64,000 nt of DNA from Candidatus Omnitrophota bacterium. Its GTDB lineage: Bacteria; Omnitrophota; Gorgyraeia; Gygaellales; Profunditerraquicolaceae. The notes under the pieces were generated by a model. It was not told where the DNA came from, made no database searches, and saw only the letters and a program-made list of their open reading frames with translations. The DNA is taken from contig JAPLLW010000012.1 in assembly GCA_026387355.1 (NCBI GenBank), positions 62,612 to 126,611 on the forward strand, in the 5' to 3' direction. Both the position numbers and the translations under genes were made by a program. How positions within the stretch are numbered: position 1 is the stretch's first letter; every line of letters starts with the position of its first letter. This document shows, one piece after another, positions 25,921-37,755 of this stretch.

Positions 25921-27665
25921 AGAAAAGTATTACATTGATCCTATTGATTACTGTTTTAGCGCTTTTCCTTGCGATTACAAAAAAGGCTAATGCTAAGAAT
26001 GGCGAACTTACCATTATTTATACCGGCGAGACACATGCTATGCTTTATCCTTGCAATTGCCCTATTGAGCCGGATGGTGGAGTCGCAAGGAGGGCAACCT
26101 TAATTAAACGATTAAAGCTTGAGTCTCCCGATGTCCTAATTCTAGATTCGGGTAATTTTTCTGCCGGCGGCCCACTTGATCAGCAAACCCTGAATGCACA
26201 GATTGATAAACAACGTACGAGCGTTTATCTTAACGCTATGGAGCTAATGAAATATGATGCTGTAGCGCTTAGCGATGATGAATTTAATTTCGGTAAGGAT
26301 TACCTTGAAGCAAGTATAGGCAAGGTAAAATTGAATTTCCTTAGCGCTAATTTAAGGGCTAAAGGAAGCCTACCCTATATAATTAAAGGAGCCGCGGGGT
26401 TTAAGATTGGGATTATCGGTTTGACTAATGCTGCGGCAAAAAATAAAGCAGGCGATTTAAAGTTTGTTGAGCCAAAGAGTGCCCTGGCAGAGACTGTTAC
26501 TTCGCTTAAGAAAAAAGGCGTACAGTTAATAATCCTATTAAGTAATCTTGGAGAGCCTGAAGATTTAATTCTTTTAGAAAAGGTTCCCGATATTGATGTT
26601 ATTATTGATGGACATTCTCATGAAAAGGACGCCGTCCCATACGTTAAGGTCGGTAAAACATTTATTTTAAGGCCATCCTGGCAGGGTCGTCGGCTCTGTA
26701 AAGCTAGTTTTACAATTAAGAATAATAAGTTGGAAAGTCTGGGAGTTGATGAGATAAGGGTATCGGACAAGACTACCGATGATGCTGCAATACAGACTAT
26801 ATTGCCGCGCTGTTTTTCCGATGAAAATTGTAAAAAGACCGGATTTATTGGCTCATGTGAAAACGCCGCAAGCATTAATTCCTCCTGTTCATTTAAGGAG
26901 GCTAAAAAGATCCTCTTGACGGTAATTACATCCAAGGAGTGCTTAACCTGTAATACCGAACCGGTAGTCAGCTATTTTAAGAAGCAGTTCGCCGGGCTCG
27001 TTGTTTCATATATATATTACCCGGATAAAAATGCAGTTAAGCTTATTAAAGATCTCAAATTAATCGGTTTACCTGTCTACTTAGTAAGCAAAGAAGCAGA
27101 GGGAGAAAGTAATTTTGACAGTTTAAAGGTAAATTTGGAAGATAAAGGGTCAGCCTATTTATTAAAACCCGAGGTGGGGGGGTTAACTTATTTTATTGGT
27201 CGTGAAAAGATTGAAGGAAAATTGGATTTATTTCTTAGTCTCTATGATAAAAATACGGTTGCTTTATTGGATATGATAAGGGAATTTAACCCGGTATTAC
27301 ATTTTCTTGTTTTTGCAGATCAAGGTTCGATAAGTTCGCCAGGTGGCCTGGCTGAGACGGAAGAAGATGAACGTGCAGTCTGCATTCAGAAATATTATCC
27401 TAAATATTTCTGGCCGTATCTAACTTGTCGAGCAAACAATATCAATAGTTCTTGGTGGGAGGATTGTCTTTCTGGTGCCGATAATGAAAAGATCAAATCT
27501 TGCGCCAGGGGAGCTGAAGGCAGGGCATTGTTAAAAGAAAATTGTGGCTTAAATAAAGAACTTAGAATAATGTATGGCCCAACTTATCTATTGAATAATC
27601 AGGAAATCTTTACTTCTAATGGTGTCCTCTCTAGAGATGAGTTTAAGAGAATAATCAGGAGGTGA
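25917..27665 (+). CDS. Secreted multi-domain protein: a degenerate 5'-nucleotidase/metallophosphatase-like N-terminal domain fused to two Cys-rich thioredoxin/DsbA-like domains
   Basis: A signal peptide 'MKKSITLILLITVLALFLAITKKANA' is present. 'DDEFNFGKDY' and 'IDGHSH' resemble the 5'-nucleotidase 'GNHEFD' and 'GGHSH' motifs, but the first metal-binding motifs look degenerate. The C-terminal regions have CxxC-like pairs ('CLTCN', 'CRANN...C...C') and a DsbA-like composition. Confidence 0.45.
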   Translation: MKKSITLILLITVLALFLAITKKANAKNGELTIIYTGETHAMLYPCNCPIEPDGGVARRATLIKRLKLESPDVLILDSGNFSAGGPLDQQTLNAQIDKQRTSVYLNAMELMKYDAVALSDDEFNFGKDYLEASIGKVKLNFLSANLRAKGSLPYIIKGAAGFKIGIIGLTNAAAKNKAGDLKFVEPKSALAETVTSLKKKGVQLIILLSNLGEPEDLILLEKVPDIDVIIDGHSHEKDAVPYVKVGKTFILRPSWQGRRLCKASFTIKNNKLESLGVDEIRVSDKTTDDAAIQTILPRCFSDENCKKTGFIGSCENAASINSSCSFKEAKKILLTVITSKECLTCNTEPVVSYFKKQFAGLVVSYIYYPDKNAVKLIKDLKLIGLPVYLVSKEAEGESNFDSLKVNLEDKGSAYLLKPEVGGLTYFIGREKIEGKLDLFLSLYDKNTVALLDMIREFNPVLHFLVFADQGSISSPGGLAETEEDERAVCIQKYYPKYFWPYLTCRANNINSSWWEDCLSGADNEKIKSCARGAEGRALLKENCGLNKELRIMYGPTYLLNNQEIFTSNGVLSRDEFKRIIRR

Positions 27666-27671
27666 TCTAAG

Positions 27672-30183
<2,512 letters not shown>

Positions 30184-30231
30184 CTTTTGTCCCTTTGTTA
30201 TAATTAAGTTTCAAAAAAGGAGAGGTGATTT

Positions 30232-30888
30232 ATGAAAAGATTATTTCAGGCGGTATTTTTAATTTCTGCTTGCGTTTCTTTAGTGGGTTGCACTTTTGTT
30301 TTTCAGAGCGGCAGGCGTTCAGATAAAGAGACGATCCAGAATCTCTCTAATCAACTAGATGAATTAAGCCAGGCCAAAAAACTCCTTGAGGAAAGATTAG
30401 GCCAAGAGATTTCCGATAAACAGGTTAAGTTGCAGATGATGGAAAAGGGGTTGGTTATTACAGTTGTCGGAGACCTACTTTTTGATTCAGGTAAAGCTAA
30501 AATTAGAAGCGAGGCCTATCCTCTCTTGGATAAAGTTTCCGTGGTATTAAAAGATAATATGGCTGGATTTAATGTCGGTATAGAAGGTTACACAGATGAT
30601 GTCCCGATTAAACATTCAAGCTGGAAGTCGAATTGGGAGTTATCTTCAGCGCGCGCTTTAAGCGTACTGCATTACTTGGTAAAAGATGAGGGTGTCGCTC
30701 CACAGAGGCTTTCTGCAATTGGTTTTGGTGAATACCGTTCAGTCGCTTCAAATGATACCAGGGAAGGACGTAAATTAAACCGCAGGGTTGAGATTGTTAT
30801 TCAGCCAAAGGTCGCTAAGGTAAGTCAGGGTAGGGGGGTTGCTAGCGAAGAGAGAGCCTTGATTGAGCCAAAAGAAAACCTTAAGTAA
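30232..30888 (+). CDS. OmpA/MotB-domain lipoprotein (peptidoglycan-associated)
   Basis: A lipoprotein signal with the lipobox 'LVGC', a coiled-coil linker, and a C-terminal OmpA-like domain ('NRRVEIVI'). Confidence 0.8.
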   Translation: MKRLFQAVFLISACVSLVGCTFVFQSGRRSDKETIQNLSNQLDELSQAKKLLEERLGQEISDKQVKLQMMEKGLVITVVGDLLFDSGKAKIRSEAYPLLDKVSVVLKDNMAGFNVGIEGYTDDVPIKHSSWKSNWELSSARALSVLHYLVKDEGVAPQRLSAIGFGEYRSVASNDTREGRKLNRRVEIVIQPKVAKVSQGRGVASEERALIEPKENLK

Positions 30889-30909
30889 TACTAAAAGGTA
30901 AAAATAAAT

Positions 30910-31290
30910 ATGGAAGAGAATATTAAGGGTAGGGCTATTATTATATTAGCAATATTGACTTTATTGCTTTTTATTCTCAATATAGGTTCGTGCGCTAGTT
31001 CTTTTAGCCAGGGTTCTGCTCGTAGAAAAGAGATGGCTCAACGTATGGACCTGGAAGAAAAGTTTGGTAAGCTTAATCAGGAGAAGGCAGCGGTCATTGA
31101 TAAATTAAAGGTAAAAGATAAAGAGCTGGACGATGAAAAAACAGCGCATATGGTTTCGAAAAAAGCGCTGCTTCAGGAACAGATGATTAGTCAGAGCCTG
31201 AAAGATGATTTACAAAAACTTACTAAGGTTAAGGAATCATTGGAAGCGCAGCTTAATCAAGTATTGTCTGGTAAGAAGGCCAAGAAATGA
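30910..31290 (+). CDS. Small membrane-anchored coiled-coil protein
   Basis: One N-terminal TM helix is followed by a charged heptad-like sequence. No recognisable family. It lies directly downstream of the OmpA-like gene. Confidence 0.45.
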   Translation: MEENIKGRAIIILAILTLLLFILNIGSCASSFSQGSARRKEMAQRMDLEEKFGKLNQEKAAVIDKLKVKDKELDDEKTAHMVSKKALLQEQMISQSLKDDLQKLTKVKESLEAQLNQVLSGKKAKK

Positions 31291-31326
31291 TTTAGGCTTT
31301 ATTAAAAGAACAGCCTAAAGTTCTTT

Positions 31327-31351
31327 AAAAGGGATCACATCCCTTTTTTTA
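31327..31351 (+). terminator. Rho-independent terminator after the coiled-coil ORF
   Basis: The stem AAAAGGGAT / ATCCCTTTT with a cac loop is followed by a T-run. Confidence 0.5.
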
Positions 31352-31470
31352 TTAATGAGGACATAATTTTCGCAGCAACAGAGAAGTAGGTTATCTGTAC
31401 GAATTAATGGCTTGTTTAATTAATTACGCAAACCATTGTAAATCGCAAAATTTATTACAGGAGGTGCTCT

Positions 31471-32433
31471 ATGGCAGCATTAGCGCGAGCAAAAGCAAAA
31501 AAGAAAGTCCTGAAGAAAGCAATTTTATCCAGCAAAAAGTTAAAAATAGTTAAATCTAAGGAGCGTTTACAGAAAGTTCTTAAAAAAGAGATTCCTGGAG
31601 CTCAGGAGGTTACTGTGGGTACGGCTAAATTTTCTCATCCTGAAACAAGCCGGATGCATAGAGGGCTTCCGCAAGAGCTCCCCTTTACCTATGGTCAAGA
31701 CAGGATGGTTCTTTTAGTGCGCGATCCCTGGTGGCTATTTACTTTCTGGGAAGTGAGACATGAGACCGTAGAGAAATTAAAGAATGAACTTAAGGATGAT
31801 TTTTATAAGGCCAGGCGCTTGCTTAGGGTATATGATGTAACTAATATTATTTTTAACGGAAACAATGCTAATAGATTCTTTGATATAGAGATAAATGAAT
31901 TTGCCAGCAGCTGGTATATTGATACATCAGGCCCGGGAAGATCTTGGTGCGTGGATCTAGGATTAAGATTACCCAATGGTAAATTTATAACAATTTTACG
32001 TTCTAACGTAGTGCATACTCCGCTCGACGGTCCATCGTCTATTACTGATGAGGAGTGGATGATTCCGGATGATCTCTTCGCAAGGCTTTATGGTATGGGT
32101 TTTGGTTTAGGAAGAAGTTCTCCCGTAGGTAAAAGTTGGATCGAGAGAGCGATTAGCTCTCCGGGTATAGCTTCGATGGCAAGCCCCGTAAGGAAACCTA
32201 AGCAACGCGGTTTTTGGCTAAAGGTTGACTGCGAATTAATTGTCTATGGCGCAACTGAACCGGATGCAAAAGTTACGGTTCAGGCTAAACCCATAAGCTT
32301 AAGGCCGGACGGTACATTTACTTTACGTTTTGCATTACCTGATGGCAAACAGGTTATTCCGGTTAAGTCGGTATCCGCTGATTGCGTTGAAGAGCGTGTA
32401 ATTACGCCAATTGTAGAGAGGGAAACCAAGTAA
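31471..32433 (+). CDS. DUF4912-family protein (a GH57-associated partner)
   Basis: 'MVLLVRDPWWLFTFWEV' is a conserved DUF4912 block. It is immediately upstream of, and translationally coupled to, a GH57 gene. Confidence 0.6.
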   Translation: MAALARAKAKKKVLKKAILSSKKLKIVKSKERLQKVLKKEIPGAQEVTVGTAKFSHPETSRMHRGLPQELPFTYGQDRMVLLVRDPWWLFTFWEVRHETVEKLKNELKDDFYKARRLLRVYDVTNIIFNGNNANRFFDIEINEFASSWYIDTSGPGRSWCVDLGLRLPNGKFITILRSNVVHTPLDGPSSITDEEWMIPDDLFARLYGMGFGLGRSSPVGKSWIERAISSPGIASMASPVRKPKQRGFWLKVDCELIVYGATEPDAKVTVQAKPISLRPDGTFTLRFALPDGKQVIPVKSVSADCVEERVITPIVERETK

Positions 32434-34013
32434 TGCATAAAGGTTATCTTTGTTTAGTCCTGCATGGCCATCTGCCCTACGTGCGTCATCCAGAGCATGA
32501 AGACTTCTTGGAGGAGGATTGGCTTTATGAAGCGATTACTGAGACTTATGTCCCGTTAATTTTGGCATTCGAGAGACTGGTTAATGACAAGGTAAAATTC
32601 CGCATTACCATGACTTTGAGCCCCACCTTAATCTCGATGTTAAGTGATTCCCTGCTTCAGGATCGTTATCTAAAACATATTAATAGGTTAATAGAGCTGG
32701 CCCACAAAGAGATAGAACGCACCCGCTGGCAACCGGAGTTTCATGAACTTGCTAAGATGTACCTTTCTGAGTTTTCTAAAGCCAGAGATACATTTTTAAG
32801 ATATAACCGTAATTTAATTAATGCTTTTAAGTATTTTCAGGATATAGGGAGATTAGAAGTAATTACCTGCGGCGCAACTCATGGATATTTTCCATTGATG
32901 AATGCCTGCAAGGAATCAGTTAAGGCCCAAGTTAGAGTTGCGGTAAGCCATTACGAAAGCGTTTTTGGTAGAAAGCCCAAAGGCATATGGCTTCCTGAGT
33001 GTGGTTATCATCCGGGACACGATGAGATATTAAAAGAGTCAGGCATTAGTTATTTCTTCACTGATTCTCACGGCATATTGCACGCAACCCCGCGTCCTAA
33101 ATACGGGGTCTTTGCTCCGGTTTATTGTAAGGGAACGGGGGTAGCTTGTTTTGCAAGAGACCTCGAATCTTCAAAGCAGGTCTGGTCTTCGATAGAGGGT
33201 TACCCAGGAGATTATAATTACCGTGAGTTTTATCGCGACATTGGTTTTGATCTTGAGTATGATTATATAAAGCCGTATATACATCCGGACGGAGTTAGAA
33301 TTAATACCGGGATAAAATATTATCGTATTACCGGTACAGGGAATAATAAAGAGGCGTATGTTTCGCGTTGGGCTCAGGATAGGGCTGCAGAGCATGCGGG
33401 GAACTTTATGTTTAACCGCCAGAAACAGATAGATTATCTTTATGGCCTTATGCAAAAAAAGCCGATAATCGTTTCTCCTTATGATGCCGAATTATTCGGC
33501 CACTGGTGGTACGAAGGCCCTATGTGGATTGAATATTTAATCAGAAAGATAGCTTTTGATCAGGACGAGATAAGCCTTGCTACGGCTAGTGATTATTTAG
33601 AGGAGAACCCGCGGAATCAGGTGGTTACTCCGTCGTATTCCAGCTGGGGTTGGAAGGGTTACAGCGAGATGTGGTTGCAAGGCCAGAATGACTGGATTTA
33701 TCGGCACCTATATGCTGCATCAGGCAGAATGACTGAGCTAGCTAAAAGCTATCCTAACGAAAATGGTTTAGTAAATAGGGCGCTGAATCAGGCCTTGCGC
33801 GAGCTATTATTAGCCCAGAGTTCTGATTGGGCTTTTATATTAGGAACCGGAACACATACTGAATATGCGCTACGTAGGACCAAGGATCATCTTTTGAAGT
33901 TTAACCGCCTTTATGAAGATATAAAGTCAAACTCAATCGACCAGGAGTGGCTTGCGGATATTGAGTATAAAGACAATATTTTCCCCGGGATAGATTATAA
34001 AACACACCAGTGA
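32433..34013 (+). CDS. Glycoside hydrolase family 57 enzyme (1,4-alpha-glucan branching enzyme-type)
   Basis: 'LCLVLHGHLPYVRHPE' is the GH57 N-terminal catalytic region. 'WLPECGYHPG' and 'ELFGHWWYEG' are conserved GH57 motifs. It is 526 aa. Confidence 0.85.
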   Translation: MHKGYLCLVLHGHLPYVRHPEHEDFLEEDWLYEAITETYVPLILAFERLVNDKVKFRITMTLSPTLISMLSDSLLQDRYLKHINRLIELAHKEIERTRWQPEFHELAKMYLSEFSKARDTFLRYNRNLINAFKYFQDIGRLEVITCGATHGYFPLMNACKESVKAQVRVAVSHYESVFGRKPKGIWLPECGYHPGHDEILKESGISYFFTDSHGILHATPRPKYGVFAPVYCKGTGVACFARDLESSKQVWSSIEGYPGDYNYREFYRDIGFDLEYDYIKPYIHPDGVRINTGIKYYRITGTGNNKEAYVSRWAQDRAAEHAGNFMFNRQKQIDYLYGLMQKKPIIVSPYDAELFGHWWYEGPMWIEYLIRKIAFDQDEISLATASDYLEENPRNQVVTPSYSSWGWKGYSEMWLQGQNDWIYRHLYAASGRMTELAKSYPNENGLVNRALNQALRELLLAQSSDWAFILGTGTHTEYALRRTKDHLLKFNRLYEDIKSNSIDQEWLADIEYKDNIFPGIDYKTHQ

Positions 34014-34720
34014 TAGATAAATTTAAGATCCCTAAACACATCGCCATCATTATGGATGGCAATGGCCGCTGGGCTAAAGAGCGCGGTCTCTCGCGTACTT
34101 TCGGCCACCGAGAAGGCGTAAAAAGAGTCAAGGAGATTGTTAGGGCTTCGGTTGAATTAGGGATTAAGGTAATAACTTTCTTTGCCTTTTCAACAGAAAA
34201 TTGGTCAAGGCCTAAGAGCGAGATTAATGTTTTAATGCGCTACCTGAATGATTTCCTGGTGCGGGAAATAAAAGAGATGGATAAGAAGAATATCCGTTTT
34301 CTTGCCATCGGTAGACAAGCACCTTTACCTACTCAGATTTACAAAAAGATTAAAGAGGCAGAGTCTCTTACCAAAGATAATACGGGGCTTACGGTTGTAC
34401 TAGCTTTAAATTATGGCTCAAGGCAGGAGATTATTGATGCTGCCAAGGGAATTGCACGTTCAGTTGTTTCAGGTAAGTTAGATATAGATGATTTAAATGA
34501 GGATGTCTTTGAGGGTTATCTTTATACTGCGGGCCTGCCTCATCCTGATCTTTTGATACGCACAAGCGCGGAGTTACGCATAAGTAATTTCCTGCTTTGG
34601 CAGCTTTCCTATGCAGAGTTTTATTTTCCGGATAAGTTCTGGCCGGATTTCAAAAAAGAAGATTTGATTGATGCGATAAAAGTATATCAGTCAAGAGAGA
34701 GAAGATTCGGGGGTATATAA
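34010..34720 (+). CDS. uppS: Undecaprenyl pyrophosphate synthase
   Basis: 'HIAIIMDGNGRWA', 'ITFFAFSTENWSRP' and 'IRTSAELRISNFLLWQ'. Confidence 0.9.
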   Translation: MIDKFKIPKHIAIIMDGNGRWAKERGLSRTFGHREGVKRVKEIVRASVELGIKVITFFAFSTENWSRPKSEINVLMRYLNDFLVREIKEMDKKNIRFLAIGRQAPLPTQIYKKIKEAESLTKDNTGLTVVLALNYGSRQEIIDAAKGIARSVVSGKLDIDDLNEDVFEGYLYTAGLPHPDLLIRTSAELRISNFLLWQLSYAEFYFPDKFWPDFKKEDLIDAIKVYQSRERRFGGI

Positions 34721-34721
34721 A

Positions 34722-35516
34722 ATGTTAGTAAAAAGAATATCTACTGCACTTATGTTAATCGGCATGATTACCGGAGTAATATTTTCTGATTGGTTGTGCG
34801 GTGTAGTAGTTACTATCTTTACTATCGGAGCTCTATATGAATTCTTTAATATGCTTGAGAAGAAAGGGATAAGCACATATAAATACGTTGGTATAGGTCT
34901 AGGTACGATTATCCCGCTTTCAATTATGTTCCGTTTTGAGTTAACCAAGGGTTGGGAGTTACTCTTTATGGCCGTGTCTTTATTATTTCTAATTCTTATG
35001 CAGTTTAAGCGTCGGAATAACGCAGGGGCAATAATTGATATTTCTACCACGTTATTCGGAGTAATCTATGTTTCTTGGTTTTTTAGTTTCTTAATTAAGA
35101 TTAGATATCTTGATAACGGTTTAGGACTTTTAGCGGCAGTATTGCTGATTACAAAATCAGGAGACATAGGGGCATATTTAATCGGAAGCCGTTTTGGCAA
35201 GATTCCGTTTATGCAGCGCATCAGTCCGAAAAAGACACTTGAAGGAGCAATAGGTGGATTAGTTTTTAATATCTTGGCCGGAATTGCTAGTAAACCGCTA
35301 CTTGGGTTTGGCTATGTGCATTTAATAGCGATGAGTATTTGTATCGGGATATTGGGGCAACTGGGGGACCTTTCCGAATCGCTTATCAAGCGCGATTGTC
35401 AGGTGAAAGACTCAGGAAGTATATTTCCCGGTATGGGTGGAGTCCTTGATGAAATAGATAGCTTACTCTTTGTTGTCCCGGTGTATTATTTCTACTTTAG
35501 CGTGATTATTAAATGA
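34722..35516 (+). CDS. cdsA: Phosphatidate cytidylyltransferase
   Basis: A polytopic membrane protein with the C-terminal CdsA signature 'SLIKRDCQVKDSGSIFPGMGGVLDEIDSLLF'. Confidence 0.85.
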   Translation: MLVKRISTALMLIGMITGVIFSDWLCGVVVTIFTIGALYEFFNMLEKKGISTYKYVGIGLGTIIPLSIMFRFELTKGWELLFMAVSLLFLILMQFKRRNNAGAIIDISTTLFGVIYVSWFFSFLIKIRYLDNGLGLLAAVLLITKSGDIGAYLIGSRFGKIPFMQRISPKKTLEGAIGGLVFNILAGIASKPLLGFGYVHLIAMSICIGILGQLGDLSESLIKRDCQVKDSGSIFPGMGGVLDEIDSLLFVVPVYYFYFSVIIK

Positions 35517-36667
35517 AAAATATTGCTGTTCTTGGTTCAACCGGCTCAATCGGTAAGAGCACCTTAAGTGTTGTCAGAAATTTCCCCGGCAGGTTTAAGG
35601 TTATAGCATTAAGTGCTAATTCAGATGTTCATTCTTTGTGTAGGCAGATAGAAGAATTTCAGCCCTCATTTGTCTGTATAAGGGATAAATCTGCAGCCGC
35701 ACGGGCTTCTAAGATAATTAAGCGTACTACAAAGATTTTTGTAGGTGATGATGGGCTTGATCAGCTAGTAAGAGAAAGAAGCATAGAGCAGGTAATGTTT
35801 GCGATTAGCGGCTCAGGAGCGCTTAGTTCTTTAGTTGAGGCAATTAAGGGCGGTAAAAGTATAGCTTTAGCTAATAAAGAAACGCTGGTTATGGCTGGTC
35901 CCTTGATTATGGGATTAGCAAAGAAGAAGAAAGTAAGTATACTCCCGGTAGATAGCGAGCAATCAGCTATCTGGCAGTGTCTTGAAGGCGAGAATAGGAA
36001 TAATTTAAGAAATATTTATCTTACTGCTTCCGGAGGTCCTTTACTTAAGAAGAGCAGGGCGGCTTTAGAAAGCATTCGGGTTAAGCAAGTACTCAGGCAT
36101 CCTAGATGGAAGATGGGGAAAAAGATTACGGTAGACTCAGCGACTCTTATGAATAAGGGGCTGGAATTACTAGAGGCGATGTTTTTATTCGACGTAGATT
36201 TTTTAAGGATTAAGGTTTTAGTCCATCCTGAGGCCTTGATTCATTCTATGGTTGAGTTTATTGACGGGGTAATTATTGCGCAGCTATCTGTTACTGATAT
36301 GCGCATTCCAATTCAGTATGCTTTATCGTATCCAGAGAGGTTACCTAGCAGGCTTAAGGGATTAGATTTTTATAAATTGGGCGTGTTAAATTTTGAGAAA
36401 CCCGATTTGCTAAAATTTCCGTGTTTGGGCTTGGCATACGAAGCGGCTAAAGGCCTGGGTACGCTTCCTTGTGTTTTAAATGCCGCAAATGAAGTTGCCG
36501 TAGGAGAGTTTTTAAGGGAGAGGTTAAGATTCACCCAAATATCTAAGGTTGTGGAAAAAGTAATGCGAAATCATTCTAATAAACAAAATCCGGGGTTAAG
36601 GGATATCCAAGAGGCGGATAATTGGGCAAGGATTAGTGCTCAAAGTGTGATTGCGAGGCTAAGCTAA
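35513..36667 (+). CDS. dxr: 1-deoxy-D-xylulose 5-phosphate reductoisomerase
   Basis: 'IAVLGSTGSIGKSTL', 'LANKETLV' and 'SGGPL'. Confidence 0.9.
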   Translation: MKNIAVLGSTGSIGKSTLSVVRNFPGRFKVIALSANSDVHSLCRQIEEFQPSFVCIRDKSAAARASKIIKRTTKIFVGDDGLDQLVRERSIEQVMFAISGSGALSSLVEAIKGGKSIALANKETLVMAGPLIMGLAKKKKVSILPVDSEQSAIWQCLEGENRNNLRNIYLTASGGPLLKKSRAALESIRVKQVLRHPRWKMGKKITVDSATLMNKGLELLEAMFLFDVDFLRIKVLVHPEALIHSMVEFIDGVIIAQLSVTDMRIPIQYALSYPERLPSRLKGLDFYKLGVLNFEKPDLLKFPCLGLAYEAAKGLGTLPCVLNAANEVAVGEFLRERLRFTQISKVVEKVMRNHSNKQNPGLRDIQEADNWARISAQSVIARLS

Positions 36668-36671
36668 AGAG

Positions 36672-37754
36672 ATGATTACTTTAATTGTTTTTCTATTAAT
36701 TCTGAGTATCCTTATTATTATCCATGAATTTGGCCATTTTATCGTAGCAAAGAAGATAGGGGTGCGCGTTGAGCAGTTTTCCCTAGGATTCGGCCGGATA
36801 TTATTTAAAAAGAAAAAAGGCGATACAGAATATAGTATAGCTTTATTTCCTTTGGGCGGGTTTGTGAAGTTGGCAGGAGATAACCTTGAAGAGTATACGG
36901 GAAAGAGCGATGAATATTTCTCGCAAGCGCCAGGAAAGCGTTTTTGGGTAATATTCTTTGGTCCGCTGCTTAATTATGTTTTAGCGATCCTGCTTTTTTG
37001 GATGATATTTTTTATAGGTTATCCTTCGCTTACTACTAAGGTCGGAGGTTTTGTAGATGGCTTCGGCGCCCAGGAGGCAGGGCTAAAAATCGGGGATAAG
37101 ATTATTGCCGTTGATTCGGAAAAAGTCGAGTATTGGGAGGATCTGCAGAAGGCAATATATTCTAAAAGGAGCGCTGATTTAGTAAAGATATCTGCAATCA
37201 GAGATGGAAAAGAATTTCAGGTTAATGTAAGGCTAAAAGTTAAGGTGCTTGAGGATGTAATAGGAGAGAAGAAGAAATTCGGGCTTTTAGGTATAACTCC
37301 TTTTGACGAAGTGGTTAAGGTGAGGCATGGGTTTATAGAGTCATTTGGCTTAGGGTTAGGTAAGACCGTAGATATTACTATTTTGACTTATAAGGCCCTT
37401 GGTCGGGTAATTACCGGTAAACTATCTATGCGCGAATCCATGACCGGGCCACTCGGAATATTCTTTATTACTTCTAAAGCCGCAAGCCTTGGTGTAATTG
37501 CAGTCTTACATTTAATGGCGGTATTAAGTTTAAGCCTTGCAATCTTTAATCTTCTACCTTTGCCAATACTTGATGGTGGGCATATATTTCTTTTGGCGCT
37601 AGAGAAGATACGCAAAAAGACCTTAAGTATAAAGTCTGAACAGGTTATTAATAAAGTAGGGCTTACCTTTATAATAGCCCTGGCTGTTTTGGTAACCTAT
37701 AACGATATAGCAAGGAACTTCGGAGAGCATATCTCAAAGTTTTTCATAAAATAA
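36672..37754 (+). CDS. rseP: RIP metalloprotease RseP (site-2 protease) with a PDZ domain
   Basis: The 'HEFGHF' zinc motif lies in TM1. A PDZ domain ('GLKIGDKIIAVD') and the C-terminal 'LNLLPLPILDGGH' are present. Confidence 0.85.
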   Translation: MITLIVFLLILSILIIIHEFGHFIVAKKIGVRVEQFSLGFGRILFKKKKGDTEYSIALFPLGGFVKLAGDNLEEYTGKSDEYFSQAPGKRFWVIFFGPLLNYVLAILLFWMIFFIGYPSLTTKVGGFVDGFGAQEAGLKIGDKIIAVDSEKVEYWEDLQKAIYSKRSADLVKISAIRDGKEFQVNVRLKVKVLEDVIGEKKKFGLLGITPFDEVVKVRHGFIESFGLGLGKTVDITILTYKALGRVITGKLSMRESMTGPLGIFFITSKAASLGVIAVLHLMAVLSLSLAIFNLLPLPILDGGHIFLLALEKIRKKTLSIKSEQVINKVGLTFIIALAVLVTYNDIARNFGEHISKFFIK

Positions 37755-37755
37755 A

